From Blasia pusilla (lineage: Eukaryota): a stretch of DNA of 64,000 bases. Below the pieces are notes generated by a model. That model searched no databases and had not been told where the DNA came from. It was given only the letters and a program-made list of their open reading frames with translations. Shown one piece after another: positions 22,110 to 36,300 of the stretch (position 1 is the first letter of the stretch; each line of letters opens with the position of its first letter). Location of the stretch: positions 48,918,001 through 48,982,000 of the forward strand of contig CM114271.1 of NCBI GenBank assembly GCA_050084515.1, given 5' to 3'. A program made the translations under genes and the position numbers.

Positions 22110-24951
22110 TCAGACAAAACCCACGTTGCACTTGCCACCAAAAATTTCATCGTAAGTCACGGAATTTCCAAATAGCGAAAAACTCAATCCGCACTTGCTG
22201 GTGTAGTTGGTCGGCACATCTGTGAACTCTCCGTTCAGAGCAAAGTCAGCTATGACGCTATAGAAGCTGTCCGTGAAATGCACGCCGTCCCAGTTGATGT
22301 ACTCGTCTGGATTCGACATCTGGTGGCGTTTATGTGTCCGCAGGTCATGCTAGGGTTGTAATTGTACGGCCCAACGCCTGGAGCTCCACAGCAGGCGGTA
22401 AAAGGCTTGCTAGGATCGAATCCTGTCGTTCCAAACCACACGAGAACTTCAGCCGGAAAGAATGGGTGGTGTTGGGGGGGGGAGGGGAGGAGGGCTGTGG
22501 GGAAATAGCATCGTGATGCGGTTTCCACGATGCAAATTTTTTCCCCTGATGTATACGTGACGGGAATATAAGAGAAAGGGCCTGAACTGCTAGGAAGGGA
22601 GATTCAACATACCGTATTTGGCAAGATTTTTCAGAATATGCATGCTGGCGTCGTAGTAGTTGAAGATGGATATGCAAGCGCCGGGCAGAGTTGGACGCAG
22701 GGTTTGGACGAGTTTGTCGAGGGCGACATTAAAACCTTGGGCTAACCGATTCACCGCAATGATACAGCCCAACTCGTCGACCGGGAATCCCACAAATAGG
22801 GTCACCGCCAAGGTGGAACACCCGGCGTTGGGAACGCTGAACAGCAGGAAGCGTCTTGCATTGTTTTTGTATAACGTCTGCAGACACGAAGACGAGTCGG
22901 AATGAGGAGCTCAAATTAGAGCGACGAAATTTTCGTCAGGAAGCAATCAGGTCAGTCCTCCGATTAAAATTTCAGGCTAACCAGAAAATGCACATTGGTT
23001 TGTCGGAACCTGAAACGCATGTTCTTTATAACATATGTTAGTGGATTGAGATTATCTCTTCCCCATCGATGCGACTGCCAAATGTAACTTAGCGATTGCA
23101 AGCTCCTGGATACGTACGTCGCTCTCCTCAGCATCCACTATCTTTCGTATTGACAATTCTGGGCTGTAGGAAAACGAGTAAGGATCAAGAGCAAGGTGGC
23201 GAGCTCAGTGACAAGATGCGGAGTATGTTTTCTCGGTCCTTTTCTCCTGAGAGCTGCAATGTTCAAAAAAGTTGGGATGCACAGTCGCAGGTTGAAACAC
23301 GAAAACAAATTGACAGGGAGGTGCAGAGGGTATCTCCACTGGCAGCGCTCTCACCACCGCGTTCAAAGACCATGGACACCATCCGAAAATGAACAAAGTA
23401 GAAGGTAGAATCTGATGGCAACAAAACAGGCTCGGCGACACCCACACTTGCATATCATGGGACGGAGTCCACGAAGCGGGCTGTCTGTCTGTCTAGCTCT
23501 TACTTGAAGGGCAGCAGCATAATTCTTCATGGCGTCGGGGATAACTTGATTGATGATCTCCGCTGCTGTACGGTTCAGTTCAAGGAGTGACTGGAAGATG
23601 TCATTTCCTCCAAATTCAAGGGTGTACAAGGCGTTCCCAAAAGTGGCTTCCTTCGGTACGTATCTTCGAAAAGGGCCACACGCTGGGCGACAAATTCCAA
23701 AGAGACTTCGGTCAGTTCTTCAGTATCAGGAACTTTCAATCTGTTCAAACTCGCAGAGTGATGATGGCGCGGTCTCCAATCCTCCGCTTGCAAGCTTGCT
23801 CGGATAGCCCCTGCGTACTTCACTGAGACGATTCTGAATTCTCTAATAGCAGGTGATAATAGATCTTGGATGAGCTTGCATACTGTGCTGGGGAACAGGA
23901 AGGGGCTAGGATAATGAAATGCTTACATTTCTGGGAGTCCACCGATAGCGCAGATCTCTTGAATCTGACGAACTGAGAGACTTGAAGCGGCAAGACAAAC
24001 GGGACAGTGACGGTGCTATTGGAGGCGGTGGCCCCGCCCACCGCAAAGTTGGCACCGTGTCTGTAGTCGTATGATCCTGTCTGGAAGTAAGGATCGAGAA
24101 GTGGGATCGAAAACGCCAACGCTATTTTTCCATGACAACCACAGAGTTCCCAAAATGATGAGACACCAGTCGGGATGCACTAGAGACTCAGACTTGCTAA
24201 CAACACTCATCTGAAAATTCTCTGATCACGAGCGGTCAATCCTAGCTATGCACATGCCATCATTCATCGTGTTCATACTCCAGTGATGCGATGAGTAGAC
24301 TTTAGTATATATTCTGTAGCCCGCCATCTCCAGACATCTGGATGCAAATGTTGTCAGAAATTCGTTTTAACGCAAACTCATCATCGCGATCCACTCGGAG
24401 AGCACAATTCCTAGATCTTCTTGTATTCTTAACAGCTCAACGTTCGCGAGAGGCGTCCCGATAGAACGAGTTGGATTGGATTCATGTCAATTCTGGGTAC
24501 AGGTAATCTAAGGAAGTTATGGGAGACCGTTCTTGACAATTGTTCAGCGAGCTTCAGAATCACATTCATGCGATGAGAAAACCGGCATTTACATCCAGCT
24601 CAACAGCAGAGTAGGGACGTATCTGCAACAGTCTTGTGAAGTGCTCATTAATTACTCACAGAAGAAATCGGGGACGACACGTCCATTACAGAAGCGCTTG
24701 GCAGGTGTGCCAAAGAATTTCTCCCCGTATGGTGAATTCTCAGCATCTGTGTCGTAGGGGAATGCATTAACAACGCTGCCGGTGTCAGTGAGCGAGTCGC
24801 CGAAGTTGAAGATAGCGTTGGGACAATCATGTCTCGAAGAAGGTTTTGTACCGGAAGCGTGGACTCCGGGGATTATGATCATCGCACTCAACACCAAAAG
24901 CTTGACGCACAGGAACCACCAGGACGGCTCACACAATCGACTTATCACCAT
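22110..24951 (-). CDS. GDSL esterase/lipase (SGNH hydrolase), probably secreted, 5 exons; apparent 1-nt frameshift in the last exon
   Basis: A hydrophobic signal peptide is followed by AIFNFGDSLTDTG, RFCNGRVVPDFF, GANFAVGGAT, LYTLEFGGND, ACCG and YINWDGVHFT. Splice phases are consistent. There is a frame change at ~22316. Confidence 0.93.
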
Positions 24952-26459
24952 CGTATTGATAAACTTCCTAATTGTCTTGGCACTCGATGGCTTTCGAGCA
25001 CCAGAATCACGCGGAAGCGCAAGGCAGCGATGGAGAAGAACTGACTCGACTGCCAGACACCTGCAGTACTTATCGAATCTCCCACTAGAGTCTCAGAGCA
25101 CAAGGCGACTGAGCCGCGACTTCATCCAACCGCAGCTACACTGTTCCACAGACTGTTGACCGTAGACTAATTACCGGTTGAGCAGGTAAACTATCCATCT
25201 CGAGCTCGACTTAACCGCGAACGAAAGGCGACTCCTGTCGGCCTCTGGGGAACTTAAAGTTCCTTCTTTGGTGGCGATTCGCGACTCAGAAGCCTATCAC
25301 AAGCCTTTCCCGTACGTGGACTAAGAGTACGCTCAACGAGTAGCGTTGGCCGAGTCAGGCCGACTCACCTGGAGCTACTTAGCCTTGCTAAGAGAGGCGG
25401 GAGGCCGATCAGATCTTTGCTCCCGTCACGAATGCCGGGCGGTGGTTTCCCGAGATTTCCCGAGGTCGTCGGTTTTTCCCCGACACGCAATAGGGTCTGA
25501 TCGGTCTGATCAGTTTTAAAAACTTCTTACACAGAACTGCATTTACCGGGACAGCTTTGTCCCGAAGCTTTGCTGGTAGGGTCGGGGATTCCTAGATTTT
25601 ACCGGCTGGCATTATGAAGATGGCGGCGACGATGACGGTCCAGGTCACAAGTAAAGATATCTTGCCGGGAATTCTATTTCCATTTCCCGGGACGAGTTCA
25701 CGTCTGCGTTTCAGCACGTTCCCGGCAAAGACGGGCTGTTAATTCCAAGTTCCAACCTCGGTAGTAGAGCGCGTTCCCCGAATCATAAGGAGAGTCAAAT
25801 AGCCTCTCCACATAGATGCCTTAGAAGTAGCCTAAACAAAACTCCCATACGGAAGAGTCCCTTTTCATCGGACATTGAGAGGAAACAATTTAATCCAGAT
25901 GGAGTAAGTTACAAAAGGTTTGCCCAAGGGGTTGGACCCTGGCATGCATGGGAAGGTCTTCGATTGCAATGTTTCAAAATGTGGAATCAAAGACCCCATT
26001 GGGGTGGTCTCCATTCCAACTTTTGAAACGCGCTTCCAGAAATTTACATTATGTCACGATGAAATATGATTTCGAAATGCAAATTTTAAAATATCTGGTT
26101 ATTTAAGAAGATACTAGCGGACTTCAACACACGAATTTTATTAACCAGCTAACTTCCGAATTCTAAATGAATCTTTGAAATCAATTTTGAATGTTTGTTG
26201 AGAAATCTAATGATCCAATGACTTAAAACACCAAGCGGAGATCTACAAGTATTTAAAAATTAAAAGGCTCTTCTTCATTCTATATTAACTAGTAAGGTGC
26301 CTTTAAAAAATGCCTTTCTATACATTAATAGTGATTAATGTATAGAAATTCAAGTTTCTTTTTATGTAAGTAATGATAAATATTTTTTCTATCTAGTTGT
26401 CACGTATCAAATATAGATGTTCGTAAATTAAGAAGGCATTCTCCCATAATAATATAAAT

Positions 26460-27050
26460 GTTATCGTGCAATGCACCCCTAATATAATTTCCTCAATAGA
26501 ATGACTTAAAAATAGGTGTCGATAATATTTTAAAAAATTTACTTTAAAATTTTAAATTTAATTTAATTTCAAATTTTAACTATAATTTCCATTTTTATAA
26601 ATCTTAAAAGAGTGAGAAAATCACCTTTATATAATATCTATCCCCCCTAAATAATTACATTCCTCCCTAAAATTCCAAAAATAATTATTCTTCCCCTTCC
26701 ACTCTTCCCACCAAAATCACATTCACTAAAAAAATTGTTAATGAATTTTAATTGAAAAAATCATTTTCCTTTTCCATTCAAATTCATTTTCCTTTCCCAA
26801 AATATCAAATGTGAATCAACACGATTAATTTAAAAAATAATCACATCATTCATTTCAAATTTTAAATATAATTCTTATTTTCTAACATCTTAGAAGAGTA
26901 ACAACATTTTACTCTTCTAAGTAATTAGAGTACTCTAGTCAAATTTAAATGACACCCTCATTCCCTAAATAATTTTACCTTTCCATAAAATTTAATCTAC
27001 TCCTTCTCTAATAAAATTTCTTTTCCCTTTCCATCATATGTGAATTGAGA
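26460..27050 (-). mobile_element. Inverted copy of the AT-rich Helitron-like repeat seen at 8.4-8.75 kb
   Basis: The reverse complement of ~26761-26825 (GATTCACATTTGATATTTTGGGAAAGGAAAATGAATTTGAATGGAAAAGG) matches ~8458-8510. A GTGCAATGCAC hairpin lies at ~26467. Confidence 0.55.
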
Positions 27051-29299
27051 CGTAAATTATACTTTTTTTCTTTATCAAAATTACTTCATTTCATTAATAT
27101 TTATAATCATCCATTATAATATTAAATTAATTATTAATTACTTAAGAAAATATTTTTCTATTCCATTCAATCCCCATGGGTTTTCTCTACTTGGTCTATT
27201 TCTACCCATCTAACATGGTTCAAGTAGTAACATTCAAACATGTTGCCTATTATTTGAATGCCCTCCTCCCCCTAGCCCTACCCCTAAAGACCCCCTACTT
27301 AAATGCCCCCCTCCCTTACCCCCTTCCCTACCATGCCACGTGTTGAAATTTCTTGTGTTGCGAGTGAAAACCACTCCTCTGTTCATAGTATAGATATTGG
27401 AGGGTTTCTTGAAATTGTGAGGTCAACTTGGGGGTTCTACAATATGAATTCTTAACGTATGGCATCATATAAATTATTTTAACAAAACCGTGGATCGTAT
27501 GTGCTCGTTTCTAGTAAATAATAATATAGATCAAAATCTTTCTCTTTTCGTTGACTTGATTTTACTAAAATTTTATCCCATTCTTATTTTATTTATCAGG
27601 AAAAAATTTCAATCCTTTCGATTTAAAAGAGCTTTCTCAACTCACGCATTTAAAAAAAAACCACTTCTTTTCTCTCCAATTTGGAAGAGTTGAATATAAT
27701 AATTTATTCCTTTCTGGTAACCTCCCTTAACCCTTCTAAAATAAATAAGAATTGCACATTCTTCCTTTCCTTCTATTTTAAATTCTTCTTTTCGAACTAT
27801 TTTGAAATATATTTTCATTTATTTTGCAGGTAATCATCATCTCAAATTCCCTCCTTCTAAATTGATAAATTATCCAATTTATTTTTAGTATCCTCCCTAA
27901 GGCTTCTTAAAGATATCATTCGTTAAGCTAAAATTCCCTTTCTCCATCAAGAACTCTCATTCCCTTCTCCTTTTTTGGGGATCAGTAATGCCCCTCCCCA
28001 ATATTTTGAAGAAAAATCATTATTTCCCTTCCCATTATTCCTCTAGAAAATCTTCCATCCCACCTCTATATTTTGGGAAGAAAAAGAATCCCTCCCTTAA
28101 CTTTGAAAATATTACTTGTGTAAAATTTCTTCTTATGAATGTATTTTTTGTGCGACTATATTTCGCTAGCTACAAATATTGGTTGTCATCACCATATGTT
28201 TAAGGTATATTTACACTATGAATAATAACATATCTACATATGAACAAATGGACACACACCAAGCTTGCATATGTACAAAGTCTATGTCTCCGGACATTTC
28301 TACGGACATACCTTCCTCCCTTTAGTTGTTGTCAAGGCACCAAATTGCTCCTCCTCCAAGCCTCAACACTTATGTATGTTCTCCCTAAATGCCTATGCAT
28401 ACCTAGCCCTAGTTGTTCCAAAGCTCTTTGTGGCCCTTACGATCTACTCTCAATATGTGGCAATTGCACACTGACTATGTGCTCCACATTTGTCGACCCC
28501 CGCTCTCTTACTATACACAGCTTCAACCTCTATACCTGCGCTCTTGCCCTAACAATAACCCTAGCCTAATCTAGCCGACATCCTCAAGCGTTTGTAGTTC
28601 CTTCCTAACCTAATGTGTTCTAGATCTCTCCTCTCTTTCCCAACCTGCGCCGATCATCAGTCAACGACACTTGACTTCTGCACCGGAGCACTAGTCTCTC
28701 ACAATCTGCAACAGTTCTATTCTAGTCTCCTACTAATGAAAATTAGTGAAAAATGAATACCGCTTGTACGCACTACCTTCCACACAGAAAATCAACAACA
28801 CATACGCCAACTAGTGTCTCTAGGGGCTCATCATTGAGGCAACTTGTTTGCCTATCTACATACAACGAATTTCCCCCCTCCCTTGACATCTTTCTCTTGT
28901 AAAATTAGAATAAAAATAGTTCACCTGGCCTAAAACTCAACTCCTTAATCTACATCGGCATATTGAGCCACATTCATCCTCCTATATTAAGGAATCCTGA
29001 TGCTAGCACTCTAGTTCATACATAAACAAGAAAGAGAGGTGCTCCGAAGGCCCAACATGAGAAAGATAGCTTGGGAAAGCCATCTCTTCCTCTCTTTTGG
29101 CTCTTTCCTTGAAAATAACCATCCCATCGGTAAGCTGTGTGCATAGGTTACTGGGTTTATGTTGACTTGGTCAATGAGTTACCTGACTGACAAAGAGTAA
29201 AATAGTGAAATCGTCAGAGATGATGTTCCCAATGCAACGGATATGTTACTAACCTCATCTGATATCTTATGACAAAGTTACATTTGGACAGCCCATTGA

Positions 29300-32200
29300 C
29301 CCTCTATGGCAACGCCGCGATAGAACTCTACTTGTTGGCTAACTAAGATATGACAATCCATCCATGGAGGCATTTGAGATATCTCGCTGCATTCAACCTT
29401 TCACCGCTACCATTCTATACAAAGTGTAGAATAATTTGGTTTCCATAATGTTTGCTTTGATATGGTCACGAGCAGTTCACCCACATCAAAACTAAATTTT
29501 TTTCAACTAACCAAAAAATAATCCTCCTTAGGAATATCAAGGACAAATGGAAGCTTAAGTTCTAATTAGGTCCTTTCAAGTCAGCCCATTGGAGCCTTCA
29601 CACCATGATTGGAGGACAAAGGCTTGAGATAGAATGAGAAATTTAGTTCCATTTTTGGAGAACCTAAATGCATAGACCTCAATCTACATTCTAGTACAAT
29701 TCAAACTAAGGCTCCATTTTGGATGTCGATATGGTGAAGTCAACCTTGTTATTGACTTTCCCAATGTATATGTGACCAAAGTCTAAGAGGCTGATTCCAT
29801 GCATGGCAAGTTACGGCGACCTTAGAGGGGTCGAGAAGGTTGTGGCGACCTTATTTTTGCATCCAAAATTTTCCCAATGGAGAATGGAAGAAAATCAATA
29901 GATTATTCAAGATTACTATCGGTTACTTGCTACCCGAGGTTGCAAGGATGCTGGATTTAGAAATATAATTCCGCTTTCTTTTGAATTACAGACCTCCTAT
30001 GGTCGTTGTGACCTCGTATGTATGGAACCTAGCCCTAAGATATAATGCCCTGCTCCGGCTAGTATTAAACATTGACATCTTCATTGCACTATATTTGATT
30101 GGAAATCCTCATGCTTGCGAGGACTTCATGGTGTAGGGTGGTTGTATAGGGGATCGCTACCCAATTCATCGTGACAATGCTTTTCTTACGAATCACGCAA
30201 CAAAATTTTTTTGTCTGTTAGCACAAGTACATTTGAGACAATATTTGAATATCCAACTATAAGAAGATCTTTGTCAATCTGATATAGTTGTTGAAAAATT
30301 TTCATTAAATCTTTCTCGAGCCATTGTAGGCTTGAGATGTCGAGAAGAAAAAAAGAATTCTGGAATATTTTATCTTACTACTCTAATAGTCAGTGGAAAA
30401 AGGAGACCCAATTTCTTACAAATAAAGATAAGTGGGATGGAGAAGTGGACCTATATACTCTTGTGGGGAAGATTTTAATCCGGATTTTAAATAAATTTAG
30501 TACTAATTTTACCATAAAGCAAGAACGACTTCAAACAAATTAGAATCATTAGGAAAGTCAACAAACCCAAAAACATTTTAATTCATCATATTGCTCAAAA
30601 TTGGTGTCGAATGTGTATGTGCTCAATAAATTCCAAAAGAGAGGTCCATCGCATCTCTATATTTATCATCATGGGCCATGAAGACAAACCACTTGAACAC
30701 TTCAAATTATGAAACTATAATATAAGTTGAAATCCTATATCCTAATACTAATCTAGGACTTTATTATATTCTAACTACTTACATGGTACAAAATCCATTT
30801 GGACCATTAAATCCAATTGCATAATATATGAATAACAAGACTAAAAAAATTATACCAAAGCTAAGGTTATCCAAAGTTGTTGACAAACATGACGATAGAA
30901 ATTGAAATGGCTATCCCATCTATCCAAGGAAAGCTATCTTTCTTTTCCTTTGTAATTTCATTATAATATAATATAATATAATGTATGCATGTCATATATA
31001 CTTGCTTATTTCTTACTCCTTTTGTAGATTTGATGATGGGAAGAAGGTCATGGAGTGCGAAGGACAAGTATTGGATTGCAACATATAATCTTTTACTATG
31101 TACACTTTTTGATTGCCATATAAATTTGGAGATCACGAACACCATTTCTCTTGAAAAATACCTCTTTAAATATGCATATAAGGGATCTGATGCAATTCCA
31201 TTTAAGATATCAAAAGAATGATCCAAATTCAAATTATCCACAAAAATGGAGAATATTGATGAGACATCATTAGATCTTATGCAAGGTAAGCTTAAAAGGG
31301 CTTCTTCTTTTCCTCAATTTGGATTGGCTTATCGTCTTCCATCAAATATAGTTAATAGTATTAAATAGGGTACAATTAAATATAGTCCATTAAATTTAGG
31401 TAAGAAATTCCTATTGCTCTTCTATGGCAATATAGACACAATTTTAAGGTTCATAGAGTAATATCCATGAAGTCAAGTATGGATCTCGATGTGCTACCAT
31501 GTTTTGTAATAGGTGTAGGGGAACATCATTAGTTAAGATTGCTTCTTCATGAAGTCCGGGAGATTAACATTTAAGGAGATTACTATTTAATTGGGATTTA
31601 TTGAAGATGCTAGAAAATTCTTTTATTGCTTCAAATAAGCTTATTAAATACAAATTGGCTCCTCAGTTCATTCACTCTTTGCCATCATTTTGGCTTACAA
31701 CACTTGCCCTAGCACTTGCTGGACTTGCATTGCTCTACAATGAGTTTTTGGTTGAGCTCATAAAAGATCTCTTGTATGAATAAAGTAATTCTTATTATGC
31801 TACCAATGCATTTCAAAATTTTATATCGTATAAACTTCACACTTATATTTACTAATATAGATATTGCACTACAAATGACAAAAAAATGGATCTACCCTAG
31901 AATTCTTCCAATCAAGGCAATTATACTTGGGAGATGATTTTGTACAAAGTGGCAATTATATAAAATCATCTCCCAAGTGTACACATCATTTATCAATATG
32001 ACTATCTTTTTTGGTACCAAAAAGTAAATATCTTATTGAATCTTTCTTACTCTTGCTCACTAACACTTTTGATATTGAGTGGCAATTCTATAAAATGATC
32101 TCCGGAGTATAATTTCCTTGATTGGAAGCACAAGAGGAAGATCCATAATTCTTGTGGTGTGAATCAAAATGTGAACCATTCGTGTTGTAAGCCAAAATGA

Positions 32201-32940
32201 TGGATATTTATTATAAATTTATATGTGTATAAATCATCTCCCAAGTGTAAAGATCATTTATTTTCTTACTTTTGATCTTACAATATGATCATTTCTTCTC
32301 TTAAGAAATGATCGTATCAATACTATTTATGAGAAAGATCCTCTATTCTTTCTTAATAACAATTTTAATTTTTGAGAGATACAACTATTTTGACCAAAAA
32401 AATAGAGATGTAAATGAAATTAACAATAAAGTGTTGTCTCAATTTCATGGACAAGTAATAATAATACTTTTCCATTCATATAAATAAGTTATGTGATTCC
32501 ATATTATGAATTTTCATAACTACATCTAAACGATATTATATATGTTATGTGTAGGAGTGTACTTACCTAAGTGTTGACTTACTCTCGCATGAGGGTTTGA
32601 ATCATATCTATGATCTATCCGAAAAAATTCTTGAATACATTTCATATTTTTTATGTTTGAAAATAGGTGCATCAATTATGCTCTTACAAAACATGAATGG
32701 CTCCAATAGACACGCAAATGGTACACAATTGGTGATTTGAGGATTTATGCAACATGTGATTAATGTTGAAATTATCGGAGATAGCATTTTCATTCCATGT
32801 ATTCTATGCATATGCATCTGATTTACCTTTTGATCTATATAGAGTTCAATTTCTTATCTATCCTACTTTTACCATGACCATAAATAAATTTAGAGGTCAA
32901 ATTTTACTCAAAGTTGGGATTTTTACGAGAGACCTTATTT
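29300..32940 (+). mobile_element. Highly decayed Helitron Rep/PIF1-helicase coding remnant
   Basis: Rep motifs: KFQKRGPSH (~30630, Rep motif 2-like), NLLLCTLFDCHINLEI..KYLFKYAYKGSD (30985-31221 ORF) and LRLLL (~31535). PIF1 motifs: LKIGASIMLLQN..ANGTQLV (~32655-32735) and FTMTINK.RGQ (~32870). Many stops; boundaries approximate. Confidence 0.88.
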
Positions 32941-33363
32941 AGAATAGGACATAAGGAAAAGAAACAATCAATATTATTATTAGTGAACCCCTTCTTGTTT
33001 TAGACCTCCTTCCCATTCGACACGTGTCAATCAAATTCGAATTACTTTTTCTTCACCCTAAAATATATGTCTAAGGGTTTTTTTTGTTCTTCCAAGGGTT
33101 TAGATCGCTAATGGTGGAGGAGAACTAATGATGGAGATTTTAAAATTTACACCTGCGAAGCATGGGCACCTCAGTAGTACATAATACACTTGGAAATAAA
33201 AATTTGAACTCCACCGAAAGATTTAAAAATGAAATAAAAAGTTTCTTACTAATTTCTCCATTTTTCTTTTGCATGATGTATGAATGAGAAATTTTCCAAA
33301 CCCGATGAGACATCATACTAGTCCCTCTTATACTTGTCACCGCAACTGACCTTCCCTACAGTG

Positions 33364-36300
33364 CAGGGTCCGGGGAGTTTTTTTCGTGACAACCGATACA
33401 TTTACGGTCTCTAAAAAACCGAGCGACAATTTTGGAAGGTTTCGCCAGCTGGCTAAACCGATACGAATACAAAAGACACCCTCCCTGAACCCTCGGTTTT
33501 TGGCCGGTAAATGACAAACTGAATCGGAAATTCTCAAATTCTTCCGGCCAGCTCAACACGTAACCCCGGTTCTCCCCGGAAAAAGTAGATGCACCGATAA
33601 AAACGAGTGATAGAAAACCCATCGGAAGTACAAAAGAGGGGGACTCAAAGAGTCAAAACCCGAAGGCCACAACAAGACCAGAAAAGGAAGAAGGGGGCAT
33701 TCCCCCTAACGTGAAACTCACCAACAAAGCAGAGACAATATCAAGCAACAAAAAGAGAGCTATGACTACTACTAAGTGGGCCTCTAGCGCCGGCTCCCCA
33801 CCTGAGCCCGCCGCCAAAACCCATTAGCCGGGCACGCTGCAACGCTATGGAGACCGTTGCCTACAATCAGAATTGCAAAGAGCTAAGGACAACCCATTTC
33901 TCGAGTGGAGATGATGGGCGCGATCCGTAATGAACGAAGTCGAACTTCTCCCCATAGCCCCATACATCTCTATGGCCAGGGGATGAAGATGTGTCCTCGT
34001 GTAGTCGACTATAGATATGTGTCTTCTTCACCGCCGCCGCCGCCGCCGCTCCTTGTAGCATTCGCCTTGGGCCACCACTTGGGCTCATGACCGCCTCCGC
34101 GTGAGGATCTCGTGACTACCACGCCCGCCACCACCACCTCAGCCTCACGTGTCATGTAGAGATCGGCACGAATGAGGGAATCCCGCATGGAGTAGTGCCT
34201 CTCTCTCTTTGCACATGGAAGCCACTCTCCCGAGCAATACTCAACATGATATCCCGCGCTGCATCGTGAGTGGCTATCCTCTCACCCCCAACTAGACAGC
34301 GTGCCAAATGCACACAAAGTGGATCCAGGCTCCGGCGACACTCGCAGTGTGTCGAACCAACCACCAATGGTTGGGGGAGGCCCAAGCGGAACCACATCGC
34401 TGTGGTATAGGTAAGTGGTGCGATACGGAAATCCTGGAGAAGGGGGCGCGCCCCTACCCATGAGCCTACCCCCTTTCCGGAGCAAGAGCGAATACGGGCC
34501 CTAACCTCCATGGGGATATTCCCGTCAGACATAGTGCCTCTAAAAACTGCCTCAAAGTGGGCTTCCATCAAGGAAGATTGGAGCCCAGACTGACCGGAGG
34601 TAACTAAGGAGGAGAAAGTGGGGAGAACGGCTCTGGCCTCAACTCGAAGGGAATCTCTACAAGCTGTGAGTGAAGACTGAAGTGGGAAAGAGCCATCCTC
34701 GACCTGGGAGACATAGTGTAGAAAGAGCGGTCTATCTCTAACCAAAAATCGAGAGCAAAGGAGGGGTGCCACTGTGGCCCAACTCCCTAAAAAAGCGGAG
34801 GGCGCCACTAACTCGGTCGAGAGAAGACCTACTCCACCAAAAGAAAGCGGCCAAGAGGCCTGTCTACGAGCTAACTCCCCCATGGGGCACTCTAAGGAGC
34901 CGGGTCCTAGAAGATCCCCAAACACCTGCATGAGCTTCCTATCAAAGGATCTATATAGGGAAGAAAGGTGACTAGATGTCGCACAGTTCTAGTGAGGTAA
35001 CCAAGTCTACGAGCAAAACAAGAAGAGAGAATGCCGAAGGCGACTTGAGGGTCACCAATCCTCGTAAGATCATCAATGTGGAGAAGATCCTCGGTAAGAG
35101 CCGCTGCCACGAAACTCGATACAAAGTCCTGGCTCCCGAGCGGGACTCCCAAGACTCAAGCCCTCCGACAGTCGCAAGAAGCCGTCGGGTAAATGTAGAT
35201 CATCACGTAGGCCTGATGGAGACCAAGCCTTGCACTTCCCCACCTTCACCGCCAGGCCGACACGTGCCAACCTGTGCTGAAAAGTGCTCGAATGCGGGGA
35301 CAACCAGATCTCCGGGACCAACAATATGAGTATCATCTCGCAAATGAAGGGAACATGCAACCCGGGAAAGCCTCCACCGTGAGAAAGAACCGCTCGGTAA
35401 TGAGCCACAAAGAAACAACGCCACCAGAGGGTCACCCCGACGAGTCTCGGTGAGGACTCCAAGACCGTGACCTCCTCCTCGAATCGACCATGGTGGAAAT
35501 AGAGGGCCGAAGGGGCCCCATAGAAAGCTTGCACAAAGGGAATGAGGCTCGCCATAGGGCCACCCGCGTCCCTCAACTCTGTAATATAGTAGCCCGAGAT
35601 ATCTTGAGTTGAAGGCGTTATCCACATCCACTTGGAGAACCACCCACTCTGGATGTACATCTAGACAAGCCCTCAAACCTAAGACAACCGTCTCACATCC
35701 CGGTGGCGTGGCAACTCCAAAGCGATGCGGACTCGGATGTGATTTCGAAAGCCTCACGGGAATTGCAAAGCGAGAGTACGACTCACCAACCGCAAGAGCA
35801 CCTCACCTATGGCAATCGGACGGATACCACCACCACCCTCCTTCGACAACGCCAAAAGTCGCCCGCCCCTAATACTTGGGCCATCTCTTTGTTGGCACTC
35901 TCCCGAGCTAGGTGAGAGGCAACCTGAAGCAACTTCGGAGAAGCCGCTAGCGGTGTCCTCGGAAGGAAAGCAATCACGAAGGTGTTCGACATCATACCGC
36001 ACAAACCTCCGCCGCAATCCCGGAGAACGCCCAGTGCCCGTGCAAAGAGGGACGGGTCAAGGCATATAGCCGCGTGTCGGGATGAAGTCACGTGCAAAAG
36101 CCGGAATGTCAAACCGGACGAGGATGTAGCCTCCGGAGGGCATCGATGGTAACGGTGAAGAAGGAGCCATGTCCATCGGGCGAAGAGCACGGCGGCCGCG
36201 AGTACTCACAGCTCGCTTGATGTCGCACATCGCCGCAAGCCGGTCGCTCCAGATCGTCGCCGGAAACCAGGTGAACTACTACCCGCGAATGCCACAAACT

